Virus record (IMG/VR): IMGVR_UViG_3300029288_001872
Location: 125,633 to 189,632 of that record
Length of the DNA stretch: 64,000 nt
Source of the DNA: a virus
Lineage: Duplodnaviria; Caudoviricetes
Direction: 5' to 3' (one strand)
Position 1 is the first letter of the stretch. Each line of letters starts with the position of its first letter. The notes beneath the pieces were generated by a model, which searched no databases, was not told the origin of the DNA, and worked only from the letters and a program-made list of their open reading frames with translations. Below, piece by piece: positions 52,328 to 62,083 of the stretch. The position numbers and the translations under genes are program-made.

Positions 52328-53121
52328 CTCAAACATATGAACAAGACATATTTAGTATTAAAAACAATCTTGATGAAAGAATAAATAAAAAAGCTAGGGC
52401 TGAAGGCGAACTTGCGGCCCAAACAAAGAGATTGAACGAAGAATTCAATTGTAAGAGTATAGAAGAAGCAATTGAATTTTTAGAAGAACTTCAAGAAGAG
52501 AGAAATGAAATTAAAATTAAACTTGAAAATAAATTGAAAGAAGCTAAAGATTTATTGGGAGAATAAATATGACAATAGAAGAAGCCAAAAATGAAATAGA
52601 AAAAGCAGGCGGTTCTTGGAAAACCTTTTCTGAGTGGATATACGGCCAAACTTGTGGTATTGATAAAGAAGGGAATATTGATATGTATGAATATGATGTT
52701 AAAAGATTTATAGAATATAACTGCAATCCTAAAAACGAACCTCTGACTGAATGGGATTAATATGATTACCGTATCAATTCTTATAAATGGTCAACCTGTT
52801 TATACAAGGTCGGCAGTTAATGTTACTGAAGAAGCTGGTGGTAAATATGGGAAAGGCAAACAAGTTTATCGAATGGATACTGGTGAAATTTTAATAAATC
52901 ATAAAACAGAAGATGGCGCAATCAAACTTGCTTGTCGGATGTTAGAAACAATAAAAGAAATATGAAATTCACAATATCTAAAATAGTTTGTGATTGTGGA
53001 AGTAGATTGTTTTGGTCTCAAAAAGAAATTGAGACAGGGGAATGGATTCAAGTTTATTGCCCAAATTGTGAAAAAGAAGAGAATTACTATATAGATTTTG
53101 TTTATGGAATTGGGTATAAAA

Positions 53122-53739
53122 ATGGACCTAAAACAATTAAAAATATCAATTGAACAAAAGCGTGGTCGTTTTCAACAATTACAATCAGATAAAAAAGAAA
53201 CAGAATTAAATATTTCTGATTTAGAAGAAGAAAGAAATAAAATTGAAAAGTCTAGAAATATAATAAATATAGTTGCTAAACAAACACAAGAACAATTCTC
53301 TTTGAAAATATCAGACTTGGTAAGTTCTGCTTTAGAATCAGTTTTTGATAATCCATACACTTTCCATGCGGAATTTATAAATCGCCGCAATAGAACTGAA
53401 TGTGATTTATATTTCATTAGAGATGGTTATAAAAGAAGTCCTATGGATGCCTCTGGTGGAGGAGTAGTAAATGTAGCTTCATCGGCATTAAGAATTGGAT
53501 TGTTGATGTTGTCCAGATATAGAAAGGTTTTAATTTTAGATGAACCGACAAAAGATTTGCATAGCAAGAAGTTGAAAAAAAGAATGTCTAATTTTTTAAA
53601 AGAAGTGACAAAGAAAGCAGGAATTCAGCTTTTGGTCTTTTCGGGTGATGAGGATGCAGAATTGATTTCTGGTGCAGACAAAGTGTTCATGATTACGCAA
53701 GAAGATGGCATCTCTAAAGTTGAGGAAATGGAAACGTAA
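53122..53739 (+). CDS. SbcC/Rad50-like ATPase, C-terminal half
   Basis: Coiled coil, SGGG signature, LILDEP Walker B. Confidence 0.85.
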   Translation: MDLKQLKISIEQKRGRFQQLQSDKKETELNISDLEEERNKIEKSRNIINIVAKQTQEQFSLKISDLVSSALESVFDNPYTFHAEFINRRNRTECDLYFIRDGYKRSPMDASGGGVVNVASSALRIGLLMLSRYRKVLILDEPTKDLHSKKLKKRMSNFLKEVTKKAGIQLLVFSGDEDAELISGADKVFMITQEDGISKVEEMET

Positions 53740-54189
53740 ATAATAAAAGGAGGAATAATTATGAATCAACTAGATTGGTCTGATGAATGGGATAAAGAAG
53801 TTCAATATCGACATTTCTACAATCGCAAAGCAGAAAGACCCAAAGGAGCGATAACATTTGCCTATCTTGTTGACAAAGAAAATAGGCAAATGCAGTTGGG
53901 CATTTCCTTTTGCAGCAAAAAGGATTATTTCAGCAAGAAAACTGGCAGAATTGGTTCTAAAACTTGTGAAGGCGCTTTGCCCCGTTTGAAAAGAGAACCA
54001 TTAATTGTTGATATGGTTTATCTTGGTGATAAACCATTAATTAAAAGAACATTAAATGATTTGGTCGGATGGCTTTTTTCTTGTGAATTTTCTACCAAAT
54101 GGTTTCTTGTGAAATTAAACAATAATCCTTCTTGGTTTGCTTCTGTTCCCGAAGAAGACATTCCCAACGACTGGTGGGATTGGAATTAA

Positions 54190-55494
54190 ATGTTTAAGTT
54201 CAATATTTATAACTATCTTCTTGAAGATAAAAAAGGGCCTTATGGGATCACTTTGCGTCAAAAGAAAACCAAAAGTGGTCATCCAAGGAGGCTGATTTAT
54301 CGCCCAGACAAGATAGAAAGAATGAATTGGAATGGAGGCGCTTTGTTCCATACCGTTCCAACCCATTGGCACCCAAGAACATTTGAAGAAGAATTTCTGC
54401 GTTATATTAGAAGGATTAAACAAACAAGAGTTATCAAAAAATGTGGGGATGGAGTTTTATCTAATGAACAGAAAAGTTATATTGGTAGAAATTTCAATGT
54501 GATGATAAAACAATGTTTGAAATATGCAGATATTGATTCATTACATACTGTTTACAGATTTCATTTTTCATTAAGAAAAGATTTGTATTACGCTATTTGT
54601 AAACATGGAATAAGAGCAAAACAATTAATGGAATCGTTTCCATATCTTGCAATAAGAATTTATACTGGTATTTATAAAGATGAAGCAAGAATTTGTGATG
54701 TTGAAAATGGGTTGAAATTGAAAAATATTTCTGATTGGATGCAATACCCTTTGATACTAAAGAAATTAAAACCGCAATCTGCTTTTTTCTATCATTACAG
54801 AAATGGCAATTCAATGGATTTAATTTCCATGTTATCAAATAAAACTTGGGAACAATTAAAACAAGTTATAGCATTACAAGCGAGTGGTGAGACTTCTATA
54901 GAATTTAAGAAGTGGTGTATAAAAAATATAAACAATTTTACTACTGCTGAAAATCTTAGAAACAGAATCCAAGATTTTGCTGATTGGTCAAGAACTGTTG
55001 ATTTTAATCAAAATATGTCATTTAGAAGAGTTGAACAATTATCCAATGAATGGCATAGAGGTGGTGGTGGAGGGAGAAATTACACTTGGAATCCAGATGT
55101 GGAAGAAGATTTTTCCGTAAAATCTTGGTTTGATGAAATTGTTATAGATGGATATAAATTTACTCCATTGATTAGTAGGCAAGACTTAGTAAATGAAAGT
55201 GCAGAAATGGGACATTGTGTTGCAACCTATTGTAAAAAAGTTAGAGATGGCAGGTCTGGTATTTTTTCTGTGAGTAATGGTAAAAAATTAGCAACTTTGG
55301 AATTAATTAAAGAAACAAAATGGTCTGATGAAGGTTATACTCCAGAAGCGACAGGTAGTGTTAGATTAAATCAATTAAGAGGGCCAAAAAATATTGACGT
55401 AGAAAATGAAATTAAAATGGCAACATATAAATTTATAGGGATAATAAATAGTCATAATGAATTTAATGATTACAAAAAAGAAGCATTTAGATAG
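54190..55494 (+). CDS. PcfJ-like domain protein
   Basis: 'ESAEMGHCVATY..ATLEL..QLRGPKN'. Confidence 0.75.
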   Translation: MFKFNIYNYLLEDKKGPYGITLRQKKTKSGHPRRLIYRPDKIERMNWNGGALFHTVPTHWHPRTFEEEFLRYIRRIKQTRVIKKCGDGVLSNEQKSYIGRNFNVMIKQCLKYADIDSLHTVYRFHFSLRKDLYYAICKHGIRAKQLMESFPYLAIRIYTGIYKDEARICDVENGLKLKNISDWMQYPLILKKLKPQSAFFYHYRNGNSMDLISMLSNKTWEQLKQVIALQASGETSIEFKKWCIKNINNFTTAENLRNRIQDFADWSRTVDFNQNMSFRRVEQLSNEWHRGGGGGRNYTWNPDVEEDFSVKSWFDEIVIDGYKFTPLISRQDLVNESAEMGHCVATYCKKVRDGRSGIFSVSNGKKLATLELIKETKWSDEGYTPEATGSVRLNQLRGPKNIDVENEIKMATYKFIGIINSHNEFNDYKKEAFR

Positions 55495-55732
55495 GAGAAT
55501 AATATGATTAATAAAGAGCCAGAATATGTCAAATTGTGTACTTTGCCAAGAAATTATATTATACCAAAAGATAATGATGTTGAAAAAGAAGTAATTGCAG
55601 GACAATGTGGTAGAAAATTAACTCAAGCCATGATAAATAGAAATAAATGCCCTTCTTGTCATAGAAGTTTTAGACCAGAAGAGCCAAAAAATAAAGACAA
55701 TGAAAACAAACGTAGGTTGAAAAGAATGAATA

Positions 55733-56296
55733 ATGGTTAGGATTGGTTTTGACATGGATGGAGTTATAGCAGAGTCTAACGAACTTCTATGTCAAGTTAT
55801 AAATGAATATCTTGACATGAATGTTGTTCCAAATGATTTCATAGAATATGGAATAGAAAAATGCTTGGGGTTGTCTCAAGAACAAGTTCAAACAATTGTA
55901 GATGAATTTTGCACAGTAGAACAAACTTGCAAATTAAAACCAATATCAGGAGCAATTGAATTTCTTCAAGATTGGTATGAATTAGGGCATGAAATTCATG
56001 TCATTACCAATAGAAAAAACGAAGAACCATTATATCTATTCTTTGAAAAGTATTTGCCTGAGATTTGTATTAATATACATCATGCAAATCCAAAGACATG
56101 GTTAATAAAAGAATTAGGAATTACGCATTTTATTGATGATTGTCCAGCAGTAATTCTATCTTTGGCAAATGCGGGAATTTGTCCCATAATCTATTCTCAT
56201 CTGTATAATTTAAATTTAGGAAGAAGGTTGGAAAAGTTGGTGTTAAGAGTGTTTTCTTGGGATGATATGAGGAGAAATTTCATTGAAGGAAAATAA
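55733..56296 (+). CDS. HAD-family 5'(3')-deoxyribonucleotidase
   Basis: DMDGV, ITNR, FIDD. Confidence 0.8.
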   Translation: MVRIGFDMDGVIAESNELLCQVINEYLDMNVVPNDFIEYGIEKCLGLSQEQVQTIVDEFCTVEQTCKLKPISGAIEFLQDWYELGHEIHVITNRKNEEPLYLFFEKYLPEICINIHHANPKTWLIKELGITHFIDDCPAVILSLANAGICPIIYSHLYNLNLGRRLEKLVLRVFSWDDMRRNFIEGK

Positions 56297-56647
56297 GATT
56301 GAAAGAAAAAAAGAATGTCCAAACTGTTTTGGGTACTTAGAATACAAAGGGAAGTTAGATAATGATGGAATTAGAAAACTATACCAATGTTCATCATGCA
56401 AAAACGTAGAGATAATTTATGAATAAATTAATCAAGAAATCTAGCGAAGAATGGTTTAAAGAATTGTACGAAGGTAGAATAGAAATTATGGACCCGGATG
56501 GTTGGGATAGATATAACTTTGACTATTCTTGGTATGATGAAAAAATAGATATTATAGAATTTGAGAAAAGATTAATGGTATCAACCTTAAGGATTATGGA
56601 TGAATCTTTAATTAATTTGACTATGGCTTTAGGAATAGGAAAAGATA

Positions 56648-57349
56648 ATGTCTAAAGACAGCCTTGGCGATAGAATGAAACATAATTATGAAGATAGATA
56701 TCGTCATTATTTGACAAGAAGAGTTCCTATCATAATTAGATTAGATGGTAAAGGATTTACCAAATTAACTAAAAAATGTGACAAACCTTTTGATATGAAT
56801 TTTAATTCTTGTATGGTTTATACGATGATAGAACTATGTCAAGAATTGCAAGGAGCAAAATGCGCTTACACCCAAAGTGATGAAATAAGTATTTTACTTA
56901 CAGATTTTGATAATTTAACTACGGAAGCATGGTTTGACTATAATCTTCAAAAAATCGTTTCTGTTTCTGCCGCAATTGCTTCAACTTATTTTACTAAAAT
57001 TTATATTGATAGAGAAAATTTAACAACTGCTTGTTTTGATTCACGAACATTTAACATTCCTCAAGAAGAAGTGACAAATTATTTTGTTTGGAGACAAAAA
57101 GATTGGATCAGGAATTCTGTTTCGATGTTGGCAAGGGCGCATTTTTCTCATAAAGAATGTATGAATAAAAAACAAAACCAACTACATGATATGTTACATA
57201 ATATTGGAATAAATTGGGCTGAACTTGAACCTAAATGGAAAAATGGAACTTTCATTCATAAAGTTGATAGAAATTGGATTGTCAAAGATGATGTTATCTT
57301 TACAGAAAAACGAGAATTAATTGATAATTTGTTGATTGTAAATGAATAA
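56648..57349 (+). CDS. tRNA(His) guanylyltransferase, Thg1-like
   Basis: IRLDGKGF, YTQSDEIS, FDSR, WRQKD. Confidence 0.92.
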   Translation: MSKDSLGDRMKHNYEDRYRHYLTRRVPIIIRLDGKGFTKLTKKCDKPFDMNFNSCMVYTMIELCQELQGAKCAYTQSDEISILLTDFDNLTTEAWFDYNLQKIVSVSAAIASTYFTKIYIDRENLTTACFDSRTFNIPQEEVTNYFVWRQKDWIRNSVSMLARAHFSHKECMNKKQNQLHDMLHNIGINWAELEPKWKNGTFIHKVDRNWIVKDDVIFTEKRELIDNLLIVNE

Positions 57350-57523
57350 AAAGGAGGTAAATTATGCTTAAAAAACAATATATAAAGGATGAAAATTGTA
57401 AACATACATTTCTTCGTTGTTTAGATGGAAAATTTACTTGTGAAAAATGTGGTATTAGATGGTCTAATGAACAGCTAATAGAATGGGAAAGACAAAGTTG
57501 GCCTACAATTTTAAAGGAGAATC

Positions 57524-57970
57524 ATGCCTAAAAAAACAGATTTAGAGAATATTAAAGAAGAAAATCTAGATGAACCTAAAAAAGAAAATCATACAACAGA
57601 AGAACATTTTAAGTTGTTCAAATTAGAATGTAAAAAATGGATAAAAGAATTTGGCCTTATTGGATGGGATGTATCTTTCAAACATGATGGAGAAGAAAAT
57701 GACAGAAATTGGTTAGGATGGTGCAGTACAAATTGTGTGGGTAGAAGTGCAACTATAGGTCTTTGTAAAGATTGGGGAAAGACGGAATCTGATAATTATG
57801 AAATCAAAAGAACAGCGTTTCATGAAGTGTGTGAATTATTAATGAGCAGATTTGACACAATAGCTAGAACAAGAATCATAGGGCCAGACGAAATTGACGA
57901 AGAAAGACACAATATTATTAGAACTATGGAAAATGTAATTTGGGATAAAGAACAGACTAATGAAAGATAA
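57524..57970 (+). CDS. hypothetical protein, possible metalloprotease-like
   Basis: TAFHEVCEL. Confidence 0.45.
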   Translation: MPKKTDLENIKEENLDEPKKENHTTEEHFKLFKLECKKWIKEFGLIGWDVSFKHDGEENDRNWLGWCSTNCVGRSATIGLCKDWGKTESDNYEIKRTAFHEVCELLMSRFDTIARTRIIGPDEIDEERHNIIRTMENVIWDKEQTNER

Positions 57971-58452
57971 ATCTGTAATACCAATTGGTCCATATTGTTA
58001 TACAATGGTTAATGTTGAAATGACTTCAAAAGGTCCAGTTATAAAGGTAAAACAATGTCCGTATTGGTCTGATGGTTATTGTGAATTTCTTGATTCTAAT
58101 GAAGGGCTTCTTTTCGACCAATGTAAAGAATGTGGTGAAAATTTAGGGGATGAGGAATAAGGAAAATTAAAATGATGCCTTGGAATACATCAATATTTGA
58201 GGAATGGTCAATTATCGGCATGAATCACTACGGGCAAGGAACTTTGCGCCATCTTTTTGTGGCTATGGGTCATCCAAGTGGCATGTTTGTTAAAGCAGAA
58301 GGGCCAGATGAAGATCAAGTTTTTGAAGAATTAGCTAAACAAGTAAGGCAATCAGCTTGTTTTACAAGTGAGGGTTGATACAAATAAATCCTTTGAGCAG
58401 ACTTACAATTCATTCAGTCTTATGCTATAATAAAGAAAGAGGATAAAAATTT

Positions 58453-59391
58453 ATGAACATACTGGTGACTGGCGGGGCCGGCTTTCTCGGAAGTGTTCTT
58501 ATTGGAAAATTATTACAAGAAGGGCATGTAATTACAGTAATAGATAATCTGATGTATAGCCAATCGTCATTGTTACAATATTGTAACAATCTGAATTTCA
58601 AATTTGTGTGGGGAGATGTAAATGAAAATGAATTTGTTGATGATTACATAACTGATTGTGATATTTTTATTCCGTTGGCCAGTATTGTTGGCGCTCCAGC
58701 TTGTTCAAGATTTCCTCAATCTGGATTAGTTGATAAATCAATAACAAGATATAAATTACGAAACAAAATGGTAATTTTTCCCATGAGCAATTCTGGCTAT
58801 GGAACACAAAGCGGCGAATTATATTGTACAGAAGAAACGCCATTAACTCCAGTTTCTAGATATGGTTTGCAAAAAGTTGAAGTAGAAAATTATTTATTTA
58901 AACACCATCCCAATACTATTAGTTTACGTCTTGCCACTGTATTTGGTGTCAGTCCTCGTATGAGAACAGACTTGCTGGTGAATTTTACTGTCAACGAATG
59001 CGTCACTAAAAAAGTAATTTTATTGCCAGAAGATGTTATGAACAACAGTCGCAATTTTGTTCATGTTCTGGATGTGGTAAATTGTTTTGTTCATTGCATA
59101 AATAATTTTGACAATATGAAAGGACAATCATACAACTTAGGGAATGATAATTTAAATATGACACTAGGAGAAATGACATATCAAATTGCTGAAAATTTAG
59201 GAAGTGAAGTAGTTCTTTCTCATCATTATAAAGACCCAGATAAAAGAAATTATATTGTTTCAAATGAGAAATTAAGAAAGGCAGGATTTGAAGCAAAGAG
59301 GACAATTTTAGAAGAATTGCCAAACTTAATTGAAGTGTGTCGTATGATCCAAATGATGAATTATGGGAGAAATCAATTTAAAAATGCTTAA
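58453..59391 (+). CDS. NAD-dependent epimerase/dehydratase
   Basis: TGGAGFLG, YGLQK, RLATVFG. Confidence 0.9.
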   Translation: MNILVTGGAGFLGSVLIGKLLQEGHVITVIDNLMYSQSSLLQYCNNLNFKFVWGDVNENEFVDDYITDCDIFIPLASIVGAPACSRFPQSGLVDKSITRYKLRNKMVIFPMSNSGYGTQSGELYCTEETPLTPVSRYGLQKVEVENYLFKHHPNTISLRLATVFGVSPRMRTDLLVNFTVNECVTKKVILLPEDVMNNSRNFVHVLDVVNCFVHCINNFDNMKGQSYNLGNDNLNMTLGEMTYQIAENLGSEVVLSHHYKDPDKRNYIVSNEKLRKAGFEAKRTILEELPNLIEVCRMIQMMNYGRNQFKNA

Positions 59392-59394
59392 TGT

Positions 59395-59542
59395 GGTAAG
59401 GTGCGGTTGGGTGAGGTATGGTATGGTCAGGTATGGTCTGGTAAGGTTAGGTGGGGTCGTGTAGGGTGAGGTTTGGTAAGGTATGGTAAGGGTTTGGTTG
59501 TCATTTTCCAATTAAATCTTATTGGAAAATGACAACAATTTT
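59395..59542 (+). ncRNA. guide array B: 19 x GGT-NN plus 16-bp hairpin
   Basis: Pentamers 59395-59489; stem 59497-59512/59521-59536 then AATTTT. Confidence 0.8.
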
Positions 59543-59573
59543 GAATATAAAAACTGAATTTAGGAATGCTTAA

Positions 59574-60260
59574 ATGCAAATACCAGATACATTAATTCTT
59601 TGTGGCGGTCTTGGTGAAAGACTAAGACCTCTTACCGACAATCATCAAAAATGTATGTTGCCAGTACAAGGAAGGCCATTTCTTGAATACACAGTGGATA
59701 AAATTAAACAATTGGAATTAAAACCACCTATTTTCTGTTGTGGTCATAAATCAGATGAAATAATCAATCATTTTGGAAACGGATATAAATTTTCATATCG
59801 CGACAATATAAATACTGGAGCAAGGATTAAAGAAGCATTATCTTTAATTCACTCAGAACATTCTATCGTCTTTAATGGAGATTCATATTGCAACATAGAC
59901 TATAATTATTTTTGGTACACATATAAGGAATTTATCAATTTAGGAAAAGATGTTTGCAAAATATTGGTTCACAAAAAGAACTCTTTATTAGCTTCATATA
60001 TTTCCAGTTCTGTATATGATTATTATGGTGCTGGAATTTATTTCTTCAAAAAGAATTATATAGAAAGTTTAGAGAAGAATGACAACCTTTCTATAGAAGA
60101 TGATATTTTACCAAATTGTAAAAAGATTTATAATTGTGCCATTCCAGAAGAATTTTTTGTAATTGATATTGGTACTAAAGAAAATTATGAGATGGTAAAT
60201 AGCAAGGAGAATAAATATGGACAATTTTTTACCGACGCAAATAAATGGGTTGTTGAGTAA
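59574..60260 (+). CDS. sugar-phosphate nucleotidyltransferase (HddC-like)
   Basis: LCGGLGERLRPLT..K, NGDS, DIGT. Confidence 0.85.
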   Translation: MQIPDTLILCGGLGERLRPLTDNHQKCMLPVQGRPFLEYTVDKIKQLELKPPIFCCGHKSDEIINHFGNGYKFSYRDNINTGARIKEALSLIHSEHSIVFNGDSYCNIDYNYFWYTYKEFINLGKDVCKILVHKKNSLLASYISSSVYDYYGAGIYFFKKNYIESLEKNDNLSIEDDILPNCKKIYNCAIPEEFFVIDIGTKENYEMVNSKENKYGQFFTDANKWVVE

Positions 60261-60720
60261 ACCATTAAAAGTAATTCCAGACTTTAGGGGAGAATTTCAA
60301 AAAATTAGTTTAAATAGCCCTTTTGTAGAACAAGACATGGCTGTCTCGTATAATAATGTTCTTCGCGGGTTTCATTATGTAACTGAAGGACGACGAATAT
60401 TCTCTCTTGTTCATGGTAGATTATATTGTGTATTTTTGGATATTCAAGAGGAGTCTGATACTAAAAATGACTGGTTTGGTATAACTCTTGATAGTAGTAA
60501 TAGACAAAGATTTTTGATTCCATCATATGTGGCTTGTTCTTATCTTGTTCTTTCTCCTGTTGCTATAGTCCATTATGAATTAGAATTTGAGTATGATGAA
60601 TCCAAGCAGAAGACAATAAGATTTGATGATGAAAGATTCAATGTATATTTCCCAGGCGATCATAAAGGCTATATACTTAGCGAAAGAGATTATTTTATAG
60701 ACGAATCATTAATTAGATAA
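60217..60720 (+). CDS. rmlC: dTDP-4-dehydrorhamnose 3,5-epimerase family
   Basis: DFRGEF, VLRGFH, ILSERD. Confidence 0.8.
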   Translation: MDNFLPTQINGLLSKPLKVIPDFRGEFQKISLNSPFVEQDMAVSYNNVLRGFHYVTEGRRIFSLVHGRLYCVFLDIQEESDTKNDWFGITLDSSNRQRFLIPSYVACSYLVLSPVAIVHYELEFEYDESKQKTIRFDDERFNVYFPGDHKGYILSERDYFIDESLIR

Positions 60721-60737
60721 ATTTTAAACATGTTTGT

Positions 60738-60881
60738 GGTACGGTGAGGTGGGGTAAGGTAGGGTATGGTTTGGTACTGTCCAGTATGGTTTGGTGGGGT
60801 AAGGTTTGGTAAGGTTGGGTGTGGTAAGGTGAGGGTTGCTTCTTTTGTTTTAACAATTTGATAGAAAGAAGCAACAGTTTT
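60738..60881 (+). ncRNA. guide array C: 19 x (G)GT-NN plus hairpin
   Basis: Pentamers 60738-60832; stem GTTGCTTCTTT/AAAGAAGCAAC then AGTTTT. Confidence 0.8.
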
Positions 60882-60915
60882 AACAAATAAAGTTCACAAT
60901 AAGGTAAAAAATCAA

Positions 60916-61896
60916 GTGATTATCGCAAGGTCGCCCTATCGAATTTCATTCCTAGGTGGAAATTCAGATCAAGCTGATTGGTTTAATCTGCATGGCGGTT
61001 GTGTTCTATCTACTACGATAGATAAATATTGCTATATAATGGTTAAGCCAATTACAAACTTTTTTGGGTATAATTATAAAATTGTTTATCGAAAAATAGA
61101 AAATGTTAATACTTTGGATGAAATAGAACATTATACAGCAAGAGAATGTATAAGATATTCTGGAATTAAGACGGGACTAGAAGTGCATCACTCTGGAGAC
61201 CTACCTGCCCGGAGCGGGATGGCTTCTTCAAGTGCTTATGCCACTGCGTTATTATTGGCTCTTTATACTTTAGATGGCAAATATGTAGATAAAGGCCAAT
61301 TAGCAAAAGATGCTATCTATATAGAAAGAAATGTATTGCAAGAAGTAGGCGGAGTGCAAGACCAACTGGCATGTTCTTTCGGGGGATTTAATAAAATAGA
61401 ATTTCTTGATAATAATTTATATCATACTTTTCCAATTCCTATAAGTAGAGAACGATCAGAATTATTTCAAAATCACCTATTGCTATTTTATTTAGGCACG
61501 ACTAGAGCCGCATCAGAAATTTCCAAAACTTTTGTTCCAAACATAGATAGTAAGAGAAGACAACTTAGAGTTTCAAAAGAATTGGTTGAAGAAGGAATTA
61601 ACATACTGTGTTCAAATTCTGATATCAGATTATTTGGCGATTTGTTGCATGAATACTGGATGTTGAAACGTTCATTAAGTGATAAAGTTAGTGATGAAAA
61701 TATAGATAATTATTATGAATTGGCAATGAAAAACGAAGCCATAGGCGGGAAGGTCTTGGGAGCAGGGGGCGGAGGTTTTCTATTATTATTTGCAGAACCA
61801 GATAAACACAATAAAATTATAGAAGGATTTAATGATTTACTTCATGTTCCATTTAAGTTTGAAAAAACAGGTTCAACAATTATCTTTAAAGGTTGA
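60916..61896 (+). CDS. GHMP sugar kinase (HddA heptose-7-phosphate kinase-like)
   Basis: PYRISFLGG, PARSGMASSS, GGVQDQ, GGKVLGAGGGG. Confidence 0.9.
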   Translation: MIIARSPYRISFLGGNSDQADWFNLHGGCVLSTTIDKYCYIMVKPITNFFGYNYKIVYRKIENVNTLDEIEHYTARECIRYSGIKTGLEVHHSGDLPARSGMASSSAYATALLLALYTLDGKYVDKGQLAKDAIYIERNVLQEVGGVQDQLACSFGGFNKIEFLDNNLYHTFPIPISRERSELFQNHLLLFYLGTTRAASEISKTFVPNIDSKRRQLRVSKELVEEGINILCSNSDIRLFGDLLHEYWMLKRSLSDKVSDENIDNYYELAMKNEAIGGKVLGAGGGGFLLLFAEPDKHNKIIEGFNDLLHVPFKFEKTGSTIIFKG

Positions 61897-61951
61897 TAAA
61901 TGCTTAGAGAATTTGAAATTCAAAACCTTTTGCACCAAAAGGATTAAATGA

Positions 61952-62068
61952 GGTCCGGTTCGGTACGGTATGGTTAGGTATGGTCAGGTCCGGTTTGGTA
62001 AGGTTTGGTCGGGTAGGGTAAGGTGAGGGTACTAATCCTACTACACTCGGTAGGATTAGTACAATTTT
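61952..62068 (+). ncRNA. guide array D: 15 x GGT-NN plus hairpin
   Basis: Pentamers 61952-62026; stem 62029-62042/62049-62062 then AATTTT. Confidence 0.8.
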
Positions 62069-62083
62069 TAAGGATTTAAAAAT

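Noticed and set aside
2102-59323. Minus-strand and nested ORFs in the ORF track
   Set aside because: They overlap well-supported plus-strand genes and carry no recognisable motifs.
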